DNA of 64,000 nucleotides from an archaeon (GTDB lineage: Archaea > Thermoproteota > Nitrososphaeria > Conexivisphaerales > UBA164), in contig JAJYTP010000004.1 of assembly GCA_021792955.1 (NCBI GenBank), positions 13,951 through 77,950 on the forward strand. Reading direction: 5' to 3'. Below the pieces are notes generated by a model, which saw only the letters and a program-made list of their open reading frames with translations, made no database searches and was not told where the DNA came from. The stretch's first letter is position 1. Each line of letters starts with the position of its first letter. Positions 10,233 through 19,776 of this stretch are shown in pieces. The translations under genes were made by a program, and so were the position numbers.

Positions 10233-10620
10233 CCTCAGTTATGAGCTTCTTAGATTGGGCGTGAGTTAGCCTCTGAAATGCCTCATTGAAGCCTAGCCAC
10301 ATAAAGCCCGTATGCTCATTGCTGATCTTCACTTCAGCCTTCCTAGTTTCTGCAATGAAGTAAACCACATCCTTCTTTATTCTTTCTCCATCCTTATAGA
10401 AGGCGTAGCTTATTACGTACTTGAAGTTGCCCATCAATTTGATAGTTGAAAGGCCGGTTTCTTCATTTATTTCACGTAAGGCGGCCCCCTGAGGGTCCTC
10501 CTTATTTTCTATATGCCCCTTTGGGAACTCCCATATTCCCCGCCTGCTGAGAAGTACCAGGTACATAGGTATTCCTCCCTCTCCCCTATAATATATTACA
10601 CCCCCTGCGGAATGTTCCAT
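10189..10620 (-). CDS. NUDIX hydrolase (Ap4A hydrolase-like)
   Basis: PKGHIE...ALREINEETG Nudix box, SNEH; ATG 10620 preferred to GTG 10659. Confidence 0.85.
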   Translation of the reverse strand: MEHSAGGVIYYRGEGGIPMYLVLLSRRGIWEFPKGHIENKEDPQGAALREINEETGLSTIKLMGNFKYVISYAFYKDGERIKKDVVYFIAETRKAEVKISNEHTGFMWLGFNEAFQRLTHAQSKKLITEANAWINALDGVWRA

Positions 10621-10979
10621 AATTATTGAATCCTCACCTCTCTTTATATATATTTTCACTTTAACTTCAATAACGAAGGATTTGATAAAGTTCTGACCTT
10701 ATCTGTCCAGGATTTACTGAGATATATGTGCATTCGCAATCTGCTTAGTTCTACACATTCTGATTTTATCTAATACATTACATAACGTCTGGGATTCTTG
10801 ATGGCCACTATTGCTGTTTTCCCGCGTACAGTAGGGCCCAACAACATCCCTCCATGAACGCGTAAATCTGACTTCGCTAGACTTACAGGATACCTTGTGC
10901 TTTCATGACCGTGATTCATACGGGTGGCAATCGGTAATGTTTTTAAACAGCCCATATGCCCCAGAATCGGTGAACTGTT

Positions 10980-12605
10980 GTGGAATTGCAACAGGAGATA
11001 TCTAAAACTTTGCTACGCAGGACAAAAAGCATATGCCCAGAATGCAATAGGATTCTAGACGCGGAGGTGTTTGAGCGCGGCGACAGGGTATATATAGGTA
11101 AAACCTGCCCCGTTCACGGTTACTTTGAAGATGTCTATTATGGTTCATATGATGTGTACCAAAGATTTTCTAAATATGCTAGAGATGGGAGGGGGATCAG
11201 CAACCCAACCACAAAGGCTGAGACCATCAACTGCCCGGCTAACTGCGGCCTCTGTACCAACCATTTGAGCCATACTGGCCTGGCCAATCTTGTTGTTACC
11301 AACAGATGCGACCTGAATTGCTGGTATTGCTTTTTCTATGCCGAGAAGGCTGGGTACGTGTACGAGCCATCGATTGAACAGATCAGGCGTATGGCAAGGA
11401 ACATGCTAAATGAAAAACCTACCCGTGGTGTAGCTGTCCAGCTAACCGGTGGAGAACCCATGGTAAGAGAGGATATAATTGAAATCATCAAAGCTGTCAA
11501 GGAGGAAGGCGTTACCCATGTGCAACTTAATTCTGACGGAATCATACTATCGCAGAGCCTAGAAAAGTGTAAGAGCGTAAGGGAGGCTGGCGTAAATACG
11601 CTTTACGTTAGCTTTGATGGCGTATCGCCTAAGACCAATCCAAAAAACTATTGGGAGTTCCCATCACTCATGGAGAATTGCAGAAAGGTGGGCCTGGGGA
11701 TGGTACTGGTTCCCACGGTCATCAATTCGGTCAACGACATGGAGGTCTGGGACATGGTCAGGTACGCCGCTTCGAACATGGATATAGTAAGGGGGATTAA
11801 CTTCCAACCGGTTTCATTGGTGGGAAGGATGCCAAAGGCGCAGAGGGATAAGTTCAGGATAACAATACCAGATGTAATCAAGAAGATAGATGAACAATCA
11901 GGTGGGCAGATTTCTGTAGATGATTGGTTCCCAGTACCTGCGTCAATGCCGTTTTCTAATTTCGTGGAAGCCTGGACCGGAAAAACCCAATACGAACTTT
12001 CAACCCATTTTGCCTGTGGCGCAGCTACCTATGTATTCAAGGATGGAGCCACCTATGTACCGATATCAAGGTTTGTTGACATAGATGGGATGCTAAAGTT
12101 CCTTGACGATAAAGCTGATAGTATAAGGTCTGGCAAGAACAAGTACCTGGTAGGGGCAGAGGTGCTGACTGGCCTGAACAGGTATATAAACAGGCGCAAA
12201 ATGCCAAGCGGCTTGAATCTTGGCCGTATGCTGTTCAGCGCCCTGATAAGGCATGATTACTCGTCTTTAGGCCAGATACAGGAAAAGGCGTTATTCCTCG
12301 GCATGATGCACTTTATGGATAAATACAATTATGACGCAGAAAGGGTAAGGAGATGCGATATCCATTACCTTACGCCGGACGACAGGATAATTCCATTTTG
12401 CAGCTATAACGTAATCCCTGAATGGTACAGAGACCGCATACAGAGGAGATTCTCGATGAGCATAGAGGAATGGGAAAAGGCCAATGGCAAGACGCTTAAG
12501 GATGGGTATTACAAGCGTTCCAGCTTCGCATATAAAGAAGGGGAGACGTTATTCGATAAGATGCCTGACGAAAAACGGCTTCAAACACAAGTTCTGGAGC
12601 ATTAA
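10980..12605 (+). CDS. tes: tetraether lipid synthase (radical SAM, GDGT-MAS/Tes)
   Basis: N-terminal CPEC...CPVHG, CPxNCGLC, CDLNCWYC SAM motif, C-terminal RRCDIHY...IPFCSYN. Confidence 0.88.
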   Translation: MELQQEISKTLLRRTKSICPECNRILDAEVFERGDRVYIGKTCPVHGYFEDVYYGSYDVYQRFSKYARDGRGISNPTTKAETINCPANCGLCTNHLSHTGLANLVVTNRCDLNCWYCFFYAEKAGYVYEPSIEQIRRMARNMLNEKPTRGVAVQLTGGEPMVREDIIEIIKAVKEEGVTHVQLNSDGIILSQSLEKCKSVREAGVNTLYVSFDGVSPKTNPKNYWEFPSLMENCRKVGLGMVLVPTVINSVNDMEVWDMVRYAASNMDIVRGINFQPVSLVGRMPKAQRDKFRITIPDVIKKIDEQSGGQISVDDWFPVPASMPFSNFVEAWTGKTQYELSTHFACGAATYVFKDGATYVPISRFVDIDGMLKFLDDKADSIRSGKNKYLVGAEVLTGLNRYINRRKMPSGLNLGRMLFSALIRHDYSSLGQIQEKALFLGMMHFMDKYNYDAERVRRCDIHYLTPDDRIIPFCSYNVIPEWYRDRIQRRFSMSIEEWEKANGKTLKDGYYKRSSFAYKEGETLFDKMPDEKRLQTQVLEH

Positions 12606-12650
12606 GCCGCGCAGGACAGACCCGCATATATAGCATAGCGGATTTGCAGG

Positions 12651-13775
12651 TCAGGTAAAATCCGAATGGACCCTTTTCATATCCATTTCTGTTATGCCCT
12701 CCTGTGTGGCAAGATAGTAGATGAATGTCTCCAGGAAGAATAGAGATCTTAACTCAAACACCGATAGAAGCGGATCGCTCGGAAAATAACTTGCCCTCAA
12801 CCCTTTAAGGTTCATATTTACTCGGCCAGGCACATGGATCACCAGATCAGCTGCCTTGGCTAGAGGGGAATCCGCAAACGAAGTTATAGCCACTACCTTT
12901 GCCCCCTTCCTTTTACCAGCTTCCGATAACATTGTGGGAATGTGCCCTCCTGACCCGGATATGGTGACCACCATATCCCCCTCGGATACGCTCATAGTAC
13001 CCTTATCAAGCCAGTAACTTACCATTCTTTCCTCCTTTTCCTTTGCACAGTGCCTCAACCTGGTAGTAAAGAATCTGGCCACCGCCCCGCTCAACCCTTC
13101 CCCTATGGTCACCGTCCTGCCCCCAAGGGGATTAGTAAGGGACCTCGGCTTGGGTGCCAGCCTATAAAGCTCTTGATAATAAGATTTGGGCGGATAATAG
13201 GACGCGATGGCATCCATCAATGAACTGTGTGTGTTTGAAATATCCTTGCCCTGAAGGCCGGCTATTATTGAAAGCGAGAATAGCAACGCCCTTAGCTCGA
13301 ACAGCGTTCCCAGAGGAGTGAGGACCGCGAAGGGAAACCCAGTCAATTGCCTGGAATAGTAATCGACGCCGTTTCGAATGGCGCTACTGCCGGGGATGGT
13401 TATGGTCAAATCCGAAAGCGTTGCCAGGGGGCTTTTATCATTGCTTGTTATGGCAGCCACCGTGCTTCCTGAATTCTTGGCAACCCTTGCCGTTTCCAAT
13501 GTATAGAATGAAGTGCCGCTTCCAGAAATTGCCAGCAGCAGGTCATCCTTCTCCAAGATGTACGGAATCTCGCTAGGGCCGTATGAATTATTAAAGCCTA
13601 TGTTCCGTAAAAAGCGGAGCATTATATCTGCAACGTCACCCGACCTGCCCGTGCCCATCAATATGATCCGCTTAGCAGCCCCTATTTCATCTTTCAGAAG
13701 CCCAGTAGTGCCTGGCAACTCGTATGAGGATACGAGCGTCGCAAGGTCCCCATAGTAATTATACGCTGTGCCCAC
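12651..13775 (-). CDS. tandem SIS-domain protein (duplicated 6-phospho-3-hexuloisomerase-like)
   Basis: Two copies of the G.G.SG / ISGSG / AITS..SPLA / P...FE pattern. Confidence 0.75.
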   Translation of the reverse strand: MGTAYNYYGDLATLVSSYELPGTTGLLKDEIGAAKRIILMGTGRSGDVADIMLRFLRNIGFNNSYGPSEIPYILEKDDLLLAISGSGTSFYTLETARVAKNSGSTVAAITSNDKSPLATLSDLTITIPGSSAIRNGVDYYSRQLTGFPFAVLTPLGTLFELRALLFSLSIIAGLQGKDISNTHSSLMDAIASYYPPKSYYQELYRLAPKPRSLTNPLGGRTVTIGEGLSGAVARFFTTRLRHCAKEKEERMVSYWLDKGTMSVSEGDMVVTISGSGGHIPTMLSEAGKRKGAKVVAITSFADSPLAKAADLVIHVPGRVNMNLKGLRASYFPSDPLLSVFELRSLFFLETFIYYLATQEGITEMDMKRVHSDFT

Positions 13776-13881
13776 GTACTCATGCAGATAAATGGACTTA
13801 AAAATATGCCGAGGCGCAGGCTATCGTGTGTATGGCGGTACACTCAAAGGTTAAAAACTGTATTAACATACCTAAATAAGT

Positions 13882-15429
13882 TTGAAGATCAGTTTCGAGG
13901 TTAAATCGTCGGACCTCATGGGTAGGATCGGAAGGTTGGAGCTGAACGGAAAAAACCTTGAGACGCCGGTCTTTCTACCGGTCGTCCACCCGTATAAGCA
14001 GGAGATACCGGCTACAAGGATAAGGGAGATGGGTTTTGACGCCGTCATTACAAACTCCTACATCCTATATAAGCGGTTAGCTTCTCAGGCCAGAGAAAGA
14101 GGGCTGCACTCACTTGTAGGTTTCGATGGAATTATCATGACCGATTCCGGAGGATACCAGATGCTGGAATATGGCGACCTTGAAATTGCCCCTGAAGAAA
14201 TAGCCCTATTTCAACAGGATATAGGATCAGATATAGCCGTTATACTTGACAGGCCCACCGGAAAGAATGCCTCATATGAACACGCAAAGGAAACGGTCAA
14301 GTTTACTATCGACTCCGCAAGACGGTCTCTGAATGTAGTAAACAGGAAGGGGACGGCCTGGGTTGGGCCCATTCAGGGCGGCGAGCACGATCGGCTGGTG
14401 AAATACTCAGCAAAGGAGATGGCCGATATAGGATTCGATTGGTTCGCGCTGGGTAGCCCCGTAGAGCTCATGAATAACTATGACTTTGCAGCCCTAGCAA
14501 GGATGATAAACGTGACCAGATCAGTCCTTCCAATCGAAAAGCCGCTACATCTGTTCGGGGCTGCCCATCCGCTGACTATGGGGTTATCGGTAGCACTAGG
14601 TTGTGATATCTTCGATTCAGCTTCGTATATACTCTTCGCCAAGAGGGGCTCCTATATGACCCTTCACGGCTCCAGGAAACTTGATGAGATGAGCTATTTA
14701 CCGTGTTCCTGCCCGGTGTGCAATACAGGTTTGAACAACCTGCTGGACATGGACCATAAAGAACTGACCGAGAATTTGGCCATCCACAACCTGTACGTAT
14801 TGAAGATGGAGCTGAACCTGATCAAGGAAGCCATAAAGGAAGGTAGGCTCTGGGAATACATAATGGAAAAGGGGAGGTCCCACCCGGCTGTGTTTGAAGC
14901 AACCAAGTATATCTCCAGAATCTCAGGGATCGGACGTCTATTGGATAATGAAACGCCCTTCTTTAAGGAACGGGCGCTGTTTTTGTTTGATGAAACCGAC
15001 CTGACCCGGCCAGAAATAAGGAGGCATAGGGAATATCTGGTTAGGAGGAAACCTATACATGATAGGGTTATAATCATATTACCAAGGAACTTTGATGAGT
15101 TCACCTTCAAGAGGGCAGAAGAGCTTGTTAAGCTGCTTCCATCCATTAGGGCTGATGTATTTCTAGCTGTGCCATTTCTGGGCCTCGTTCCAATAGAATT
15201 ACACGATGTCTATCCACTGTCACAGAGCACGATAAGGAGTTCATATCAGCGGGGCGACCTGCAACTCATAAGGGCCGTCATAGGGAAGTATAAGGATGTT
15301 CAAGTCGTCTACCATGAAAGCAGGGCCGGGATCGCCAAACGTCTGGCCGGCATCCCAGCACTGAAAAAGATGGATAACGCCGATTTCTATAGGTTCATTC
15401 AGCGCAACTATACATCAAAGTATAAATGA
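13882..15429 (+). CDS. tgtA: archaeosine tRNA-guanine(15) transglycosylase
   Basis: MTDSGGYQ, PIQGG, HLFGA, DIFDSASY and CSCPVC..H Zn site; lacks C-terminal PUA domain. Confidence 0.92.
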   Translation: MKISFEVKSSDLMGRIGRLELNGKNLETPVFLPVVHPYKQEIPATRIREMGFDAVITNSYILYKRLASQARERGLHSLVGFDGIIMTDSGGYQMLEYGDLEIAPEEIALFQQDIGSDIAVILDRPTGKNASYEHAKETVKFTIDSARRSLNVVNRKGTAWVGPIQGGEHDRLVKYSAKEMADIGFDWFALGSPVELMNNYDFAALARMINVTRSVLPIEKPLHLFGAAHPLTMGLSVALGCDIFDSASYILFAKRGSYMTLHGSRKLDEMSYLPCSCPVCNTGLNNLLDMDHKELTENLAIHNLYVLKMELNLIKEAIKEGRLWEYIMEKGRSHPAVFEATKYISRISGIGRLLDNETPFFKERALFLFDETDLTRPEIRRHREYLVRRKPIHDRVIIILPRNFDEFTFKRAEELVKLLPSIRADVFLAVPFLGLVPIELHDVYPLSQSTIRSSYQRGDLQLIRAVIGKYKDVQVVYHESRAGIAKRLAGIPALKKMDNADFYRFIQRNYTSKYK

Positions 15430-16862
15430 TACTCGTATGGGTGAGGCCTGGCTGACACTTCCGTTATTTCTTGCGTCTCAATCTGTATAATTTTATCTAA
15501 CAGGCTATCCGTGAAAGCTGGCTTGAGATATTCTTCATCCGACTGAAGCTCTTCAATTGCCTCAGAGAGGTCTTTGGGCAGCTTTCCGACCTTCAGTGAA
15601 GCAGCCCTTTCAGGCGAAATGCTGTACAGGTCTTCATCCACCGGGTCTGGCGGCTCGATCTTTTTCTTAACGCCATCCATGCCAGCCAGCAGTATGGCTG
15701 AGAGCGCTAGGTACGGGTTACAGCTGGGATCGGGTGTTCTGTATTCTATACGCTTGTTGCTGGGAGACCCTTTATTATATATTGGGATCCTGACGTTGGC
15801 GCTCCTGTTGCCGCGGCTCCAAGCTATATTCGTAGGGGCCTCATATCCTGGGACCAGCCGCTTATAGCTGTTTGTAGTGGGAGCCACAATGGCAGCCAAA
15901 CTCCTGGTATGGCTCAACAGGCCACCCACAAAGTACCTGGCCATCTGGCTTATTTGAGCGTACTTATCATTTTCATCAAAGAACTTGTTCTCTATGTGTT
16001 TCCCGTGTTTGCCGCTCCAGACGCTGATGTTTACATGCATGCCGCTCGCGTTGTCACCAAAGATTGGTTTAGGCATAAAAGTGACCCACTTTCCAAGCGA
16101 TTGACCGATCATCTTCGCGGCATACTTGTGCGTTACAACCGCATCAGCCGTTTCCAGAAGATAATCCCTATATGTGTTGACCTCTATCTGTCCAGCGGCC
16201 GCAACCTCATGATGGTGCGCCTCTACCAGCAATCCCATGGCGGCCAGTGCATCGGACAGCTTGGACCTGTATTCCATAAGCGGGTCATAGGGGGGTGCCG
16301 GGTAGTAGCCTTCTTTGTACCTCATCCTGTAAGGGTTATCAGCCCAGGGGGCTTCTTCCGAATCCACTGAGTAACTTTGCTTATAGCCGGTAAGGGCGTC
16401 CCAATGGACCTGACCGAACACAAAGTATTCTAGCTCCGGTCCTAAGAGGGCAGTATAACCCAGCCCGTTCAGGTATTTCTCAGTATTCTGAGCCACTGAC
16501 CGCGAATCACTGTCAAGCCTCTTCCCACCCATATCGCAATAGATGTCCCCCATGATCCTTGCTATCGACCCGTCGTACCAAGGCAACACCACAAAAGTGG
16601 ATGGATCGGGTATGAATATAAGGTCAGAATCTTCGATGCCTGTGAACCCTTTGATGCTAGAACCATCCACCTTCGGTATTCCGGAAATGAAGGAATCGCC
16701 ATCCAAATGGGACGCGCTGATAGTTATATGTTGAAGCCTGCCGGTTAAATTTACAAATTGAAGATCTAGATATTTAACACCTTTATCCTTTAACGCGGCC
16801 CTGACCTCGGCCGCCGTATAAGTATAACTTTCCGGTTTTCCGTCCACTAACCTGTAAGGCAT
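15408..16862 (-). CDS. glnA: glutamine synthetase type I
   Basis: DGSSIKGF, HHHEVA, FMPKP, NSYKRLVPGYEAP, NRS and RIEYR motifs; ATG 16862 has a TATA box about 27 nt upstream. Confidence 0.95.
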   Translation of the reverse strand: MPYRLVDGKPESYTYTAAEVRAALKDKGVKYLDLQFVNLTGRLQHITISASHLDGDSFISGIPKVDGSSIKGFTGIEDSDLIFIPDPSTFVVLPWYDGSIARIMGDIYCDMGGKRLDSDSRSVAQNTEKYLNGLGYTALLGPELEYFVFGQVHWDALTGYKQSYSVDSEEAPWADNPYRMRYKEGYYPAPPYDPLMEYRSKLSDALAAMGLLVEAHHHEVAAAGQIEVNTYRDYLLETADAVVTHKYAAKMIGQSLGKWVTFMPKPIFGDNASGMHVNISVWSGKHGKHIENKFFDENDKYAQISQMARYFVGGLLSHTRSLAAIVAPTTNSYKRLVPGYEAPTNIAWSRGNRSANVRIPIYNKGSPSNKRIEYRTPDPSCNPYLALSAILLAGMDGVKKKIEPPDPVDEDLYSISPERAASLKVGKLPKDLSEAIEELQSDEEYLKPAFTDSLLDKIIQIETQEITEVSARPHPYEYHLYFDV

Positions 16863-16884
16863 AATACCGCTTAAATCTTTAGTG

Positions 16885-16901
16885 TAATAAACATTTCCCT
16901 C
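16885..16901 (-). promoter_or_regulatory. glnA BRE/TATA region GAGGGAAATG-TTTATTA
   Basis: TATA-like box 23-29 nt upstream of the ATG; 13-mer identical to the one at 37640-37652. Confidence 0.6.
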
Positions 16902-17086
16902 ATTAAGTGAACAAACTAACAAATATTCGCTAATTATATATCAGTTTATTCATATTTGTTGCCTTATATTATTATCCAGTCCATAACTGCTATAGATATT
17001 TGATATCTGTTATTATATAATGCCCGTCCACCTACCATGATTACCAACGCCAAGATTTGGCATGTAAAATGATGATGATCGGGGCT

Positions 17087-17569
17087 CTACAATTTGTAGC
17101 CCAGATCTCTAAGGAGTTTGTGCCTATCCATCTTGGAGGATCTATCCTCCGTTCCCTTTGGCCTGACACCATCAATAACCCCTAGTATTGCCCTTCCGTT
17201 ATCATCATCAGCTATTATTACTGATATCGAGTTAGCGGTTGCGCAGTAGATACCAACCACCTCCTCCACATCCTTGATCCTGTTCAACACGTTGATGGGG
17301 TAAGCCCCGTTCAAGATAACTACAAAGGAATGACCGGCAGCTATCCTCTTGGCTATGTCCGTTGCTAACCTGATGGACCGCTTATCCGTTCCATCATAGC
17401 GTATTAGGGATGGGCCGCTAGCTTCGCAGAAGGCAAGGCCGAACTTGATATTGGGCATTGAGGTGGCAAGCACTTCATAAATATCTTCAACGGTCTTGAT
17501 AAAATGGGACTGGCCGAGTATTATATTAACCCCCTTAGGAATATCTATCCTTATCCCTGATATCTTCAT
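17087..17569 (-). CDS. adenosine-specific kinase family protein (DUF355/PAE2307-like)
   Basis: NIILGQSHFIKTVED, AFCEASG, AGHSF, YPINVLN, CATAN and LGYKL motifs. Confidence 0.88.
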   Translation of the reverse strand: MKISGIRIDIPKGVNIILGQSHFIKTVEDIYEVLATSMPNIKFGLAFCEASGPSLIRYDGTDKRSIRLATDIAKRIAAGHSFVVILNGAYPINVLNRIKDVEEVVGIYCATANSISVIIADDDNGRAILGVIDGVRPKGTEDRSSKMDRHKLLRDLGYKL

Positions 17570-17599
17570 TGAGAAAATTTTATATTCTGAATTATATAA

Positions 17600-17790
17600 A
17601 TGTTAGTTCCATCGTCCTTTGTTGCGTAACTTCCTGACTCGACGTACCTGGCTGCATAAAGGAAGCTCGATAAGGAGCCCAAGCATTTGCATTATAATCG
17701 GCATGTGGCCCCATTCAGGTTCGCTTCCACATATGAATACTTTAGACGTTATTGTGTTGTTTATTCACTTAACTACATCATTAACCACCC
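17600..17790 (-). mobile_element. possible decayed IS200/IS605 tnpB 3' remnant
   Basis: Minus-strand fragments KVFIC (17729-17743) and HADYNA (17688-17705) in different frames. Confidence 0.3.
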
Positions 17791-17891
17791 TCTTGTTGTA
17801 TTCCGGTCATTCTGTCATGAGATGATGTTATTTAACTAGCTTAAATTACTGGAGCAACAAAGGTATTTAAGATAATTATTTTAGCTATTGC

Positions 17892-18479
17892 ATGCCGGAA
17901 CTTTCCCGTATCGAGAAGTGGTTCGTGAACAAAAGAGGAGAAGGGTACTTCGAAAAACTTCTTTCCAGGATGAAAGAATCAGGAATAGTAAAAGTTGGAA
18001 ATAACTCAAGAATCCTGGAACTAGGGGCTGGAAATGGGGCCCTTTCTTCCCTGTTGTATGAACAATTTCATCCCCTATCTATAACGCTTACCGACTTTGA
18101 TCAGGATCAGGTAGCGACGGCAAGAAAACGCATGGAAGATAGGTTTGGCAGGGTTCCCGATGTTATTACCATTGAACAGGCTGATGCAACTAATTTGCGA
18201 TATCAGAATAACACATTTGACCTAGTTGTGGCGCACTTGATACTTCATCACCTTGGGAAACTCGAAAATATATTTACTGGACTGGGCGAAATCCACAGGG
18301 TACTCGTTCCTGATGGTACATTCATATATGTTGAATTTGCACATAAAAAGGAAATCAGAAGACGTTTAGGAGAATTGGGTTTTAACATATCTTATAGAAA
18401 AGGCTTTCACCGGGAAACAGTCATAGCTACTAAATTGCCTTCTCCGGGGAACCTGAACCATAAAATAACAATGGATTAA
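17892..18479 (+). CDS. class I SAM-dependent methyltransferase
   Basis: ILELGAGNG, QADAT..FDLV and RVLVPDG motifs; visibly more AT-rich than its neighbours. Confidence 0.88.
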   Translation: MPELSRIEKWFVNKRGEGYFEKLLSRMKESGIVKVGNNSRILELGAGNGALSSLLYEQFHPLSITLTDFDQDQVATARKRMEDRFGRVPDVITIEQADATNLRYQNNTFDLVVAHLILHHLGKLENIFTGLGEIHRVLVPDGTFIYVEFAHKKEIRRRLGELGFNISYRKGFHRETVIATKLPSPGNLNHKITMD

Positions 18480-18698
18480 GGAGGAAGCTCCCTGACTACA
18501 GGATAAATTATTGTCCTATTCTTCTCTGTGGCATTTTTTATACACAAACATTAAATAGTTTTATAACTTATCTCGAATCATGCCTGTTTTTTTAAAATAT
18601 ACTCATAATCTAGGGAATGCGGCCTTAAAAGGTCAAGTTAAAAGGTACAACGGTGGACCCGGCATATATATAATTGCGTTCGCATGAGTTGAACTACA

Positions 18699-19754
18699 AT
18701 GACGGATTTGGCGGTCTACGGCATATCGTCGGAGGTGTTCCAGCTGGTAGGCTCACTTGACTTCGATCACGTTACGTTCATAGATGAAACACTTAAGATA
18801 GCCACCAAAATAGAAAGGAATAGGATGCCCAATAACCTGGAGCAATTCCTCAGACATGATATATCTGACATTGCGTCGTTCAGCGACAGCATCGGGAACG
18901 CGACGGTAGTGCTCTTTGCTCCAAAGGCCAAAAGGTGGGGGGAGGACGCACGGGGCAATATGCTCTCACATGCTAAAGAGGTAGCAAAGCTGCTTAAGCG
19001 TGGACAATACCTGGTCAACATGGCGCCGAGCGAGTATGGGCTCAATCAGGAGATCGTAAGGTTGGTAGAAGCGCTCAGCGGCTTAAAGGATGGTGAAACG
19101 ATAAACTATGCGTATGCCCCTTTAGCCACGGAAGGCAGGCTTGAGCCATATGCAGGAACGGCCGGAGGAAGGATGCATGATATGTTTGGCATCAGGACCT
19201 CGTTTGGGCTTAATGAAGCAGAGCTGATGCACTTTAGCAGCGTAATTGAGAAGTTTACACCAAAGTTCCTACGGGCTTCATTTCCTAACCTTGAAGGGGA
19301 GTACTTTATCGATGAACTGGTGAGGGGGACATGCGACTTGAACCTTATCGATCGGTCATTTCCTAGGGGATCTGCAATAATCATGGTGGCAATATCCTTC
19401 CTCAAGGCGATCGACGCCTTCTTGGACGAATTGATCATCACCGTAAAACGGAAGGCCAGGGAGTTAGGATATAAGACAAAGCACACTAACATCAAATTGC
19501 TTTGGGATGTGGATGAATATGGATTGAGGGGCGAAGGGCCATATTGGAGGGATGCAGCTTTACAAAGGCTATCGGAGTCATTTGCAAGGGTTGACTGGCT
19601 CTCCTATTCAGATCTGAAAAACGTCTTGGTCAATAGTGGTATAAGGAAGGACGACATATTGGTGGCCTGCGATCGTCCTACAGAAGAATTTCTAAGGAAA
19701 AGGGGGACCGGCGGCAACATTATAATTGCCAAGACATCCGCAAAAACATATTAA
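18699..19754 (+). CDS. hypothetical protein, possibly a degenerate nucleotide-sugar dehydrogenase fold
   Basis: LAVYG start, LVEALSGL...YAP and EAEL segments resemble the UDP-sugar 6-dehydrogenase layout; precedes a Gfo/Idh/MocA gene. Confidence 0.55.
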   Translation: MTDLAVYGISSEVFQLVGSLDFDHVTFIDETLKIATKIERNRMPNNLEQFLRHDISDIASFSDSIGNATVVLFAPKAKRWGEDARGNMLSHAKEVAKLLKRGQYLVNMAPSEYGLNQEIVRLVEALSGLKDGETINYAYAPLATEGRLEPYAGTAGGRMHDMFGIRTSFGLNEAELMHFSSVIEKFTPKFLRASFPNLEGEYFIDELVRGTCDLNLIDRSFPRGSAIIMVAISFLKAIDAFLDELIITVKRKARELGYKTKHTNIKLLWDVDEYGLRGEGPYWRDAALQRLSESFARVDWLSYSDLKNVLVNSGIRKDDILVACDRPTEEFLRKRGTGGNIIIAKTSAKTY

Positions 19755-19776
19755 CCTTCAGTTCGACATTTAAATC

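Noticed and set aside
10660-10979. 73-aa minus-strand ORF and long intergenic gap before tes
   Set aside because: No recognisable motif or structure, and the ORF overlaps the tes start
10189-15429. Convergent 3' overlaps (nth/NUDIX 44 bp, tgtA/glnA 22 bp)
   Set aside because: Common in compact archaeal genomes; no evidence of a special function
16994-17008. AGATAT-N3-ATATCT palindrome upstream of glnA
   Set aside because: AT-rich, about 130 bp from the start, single copy; could be chance
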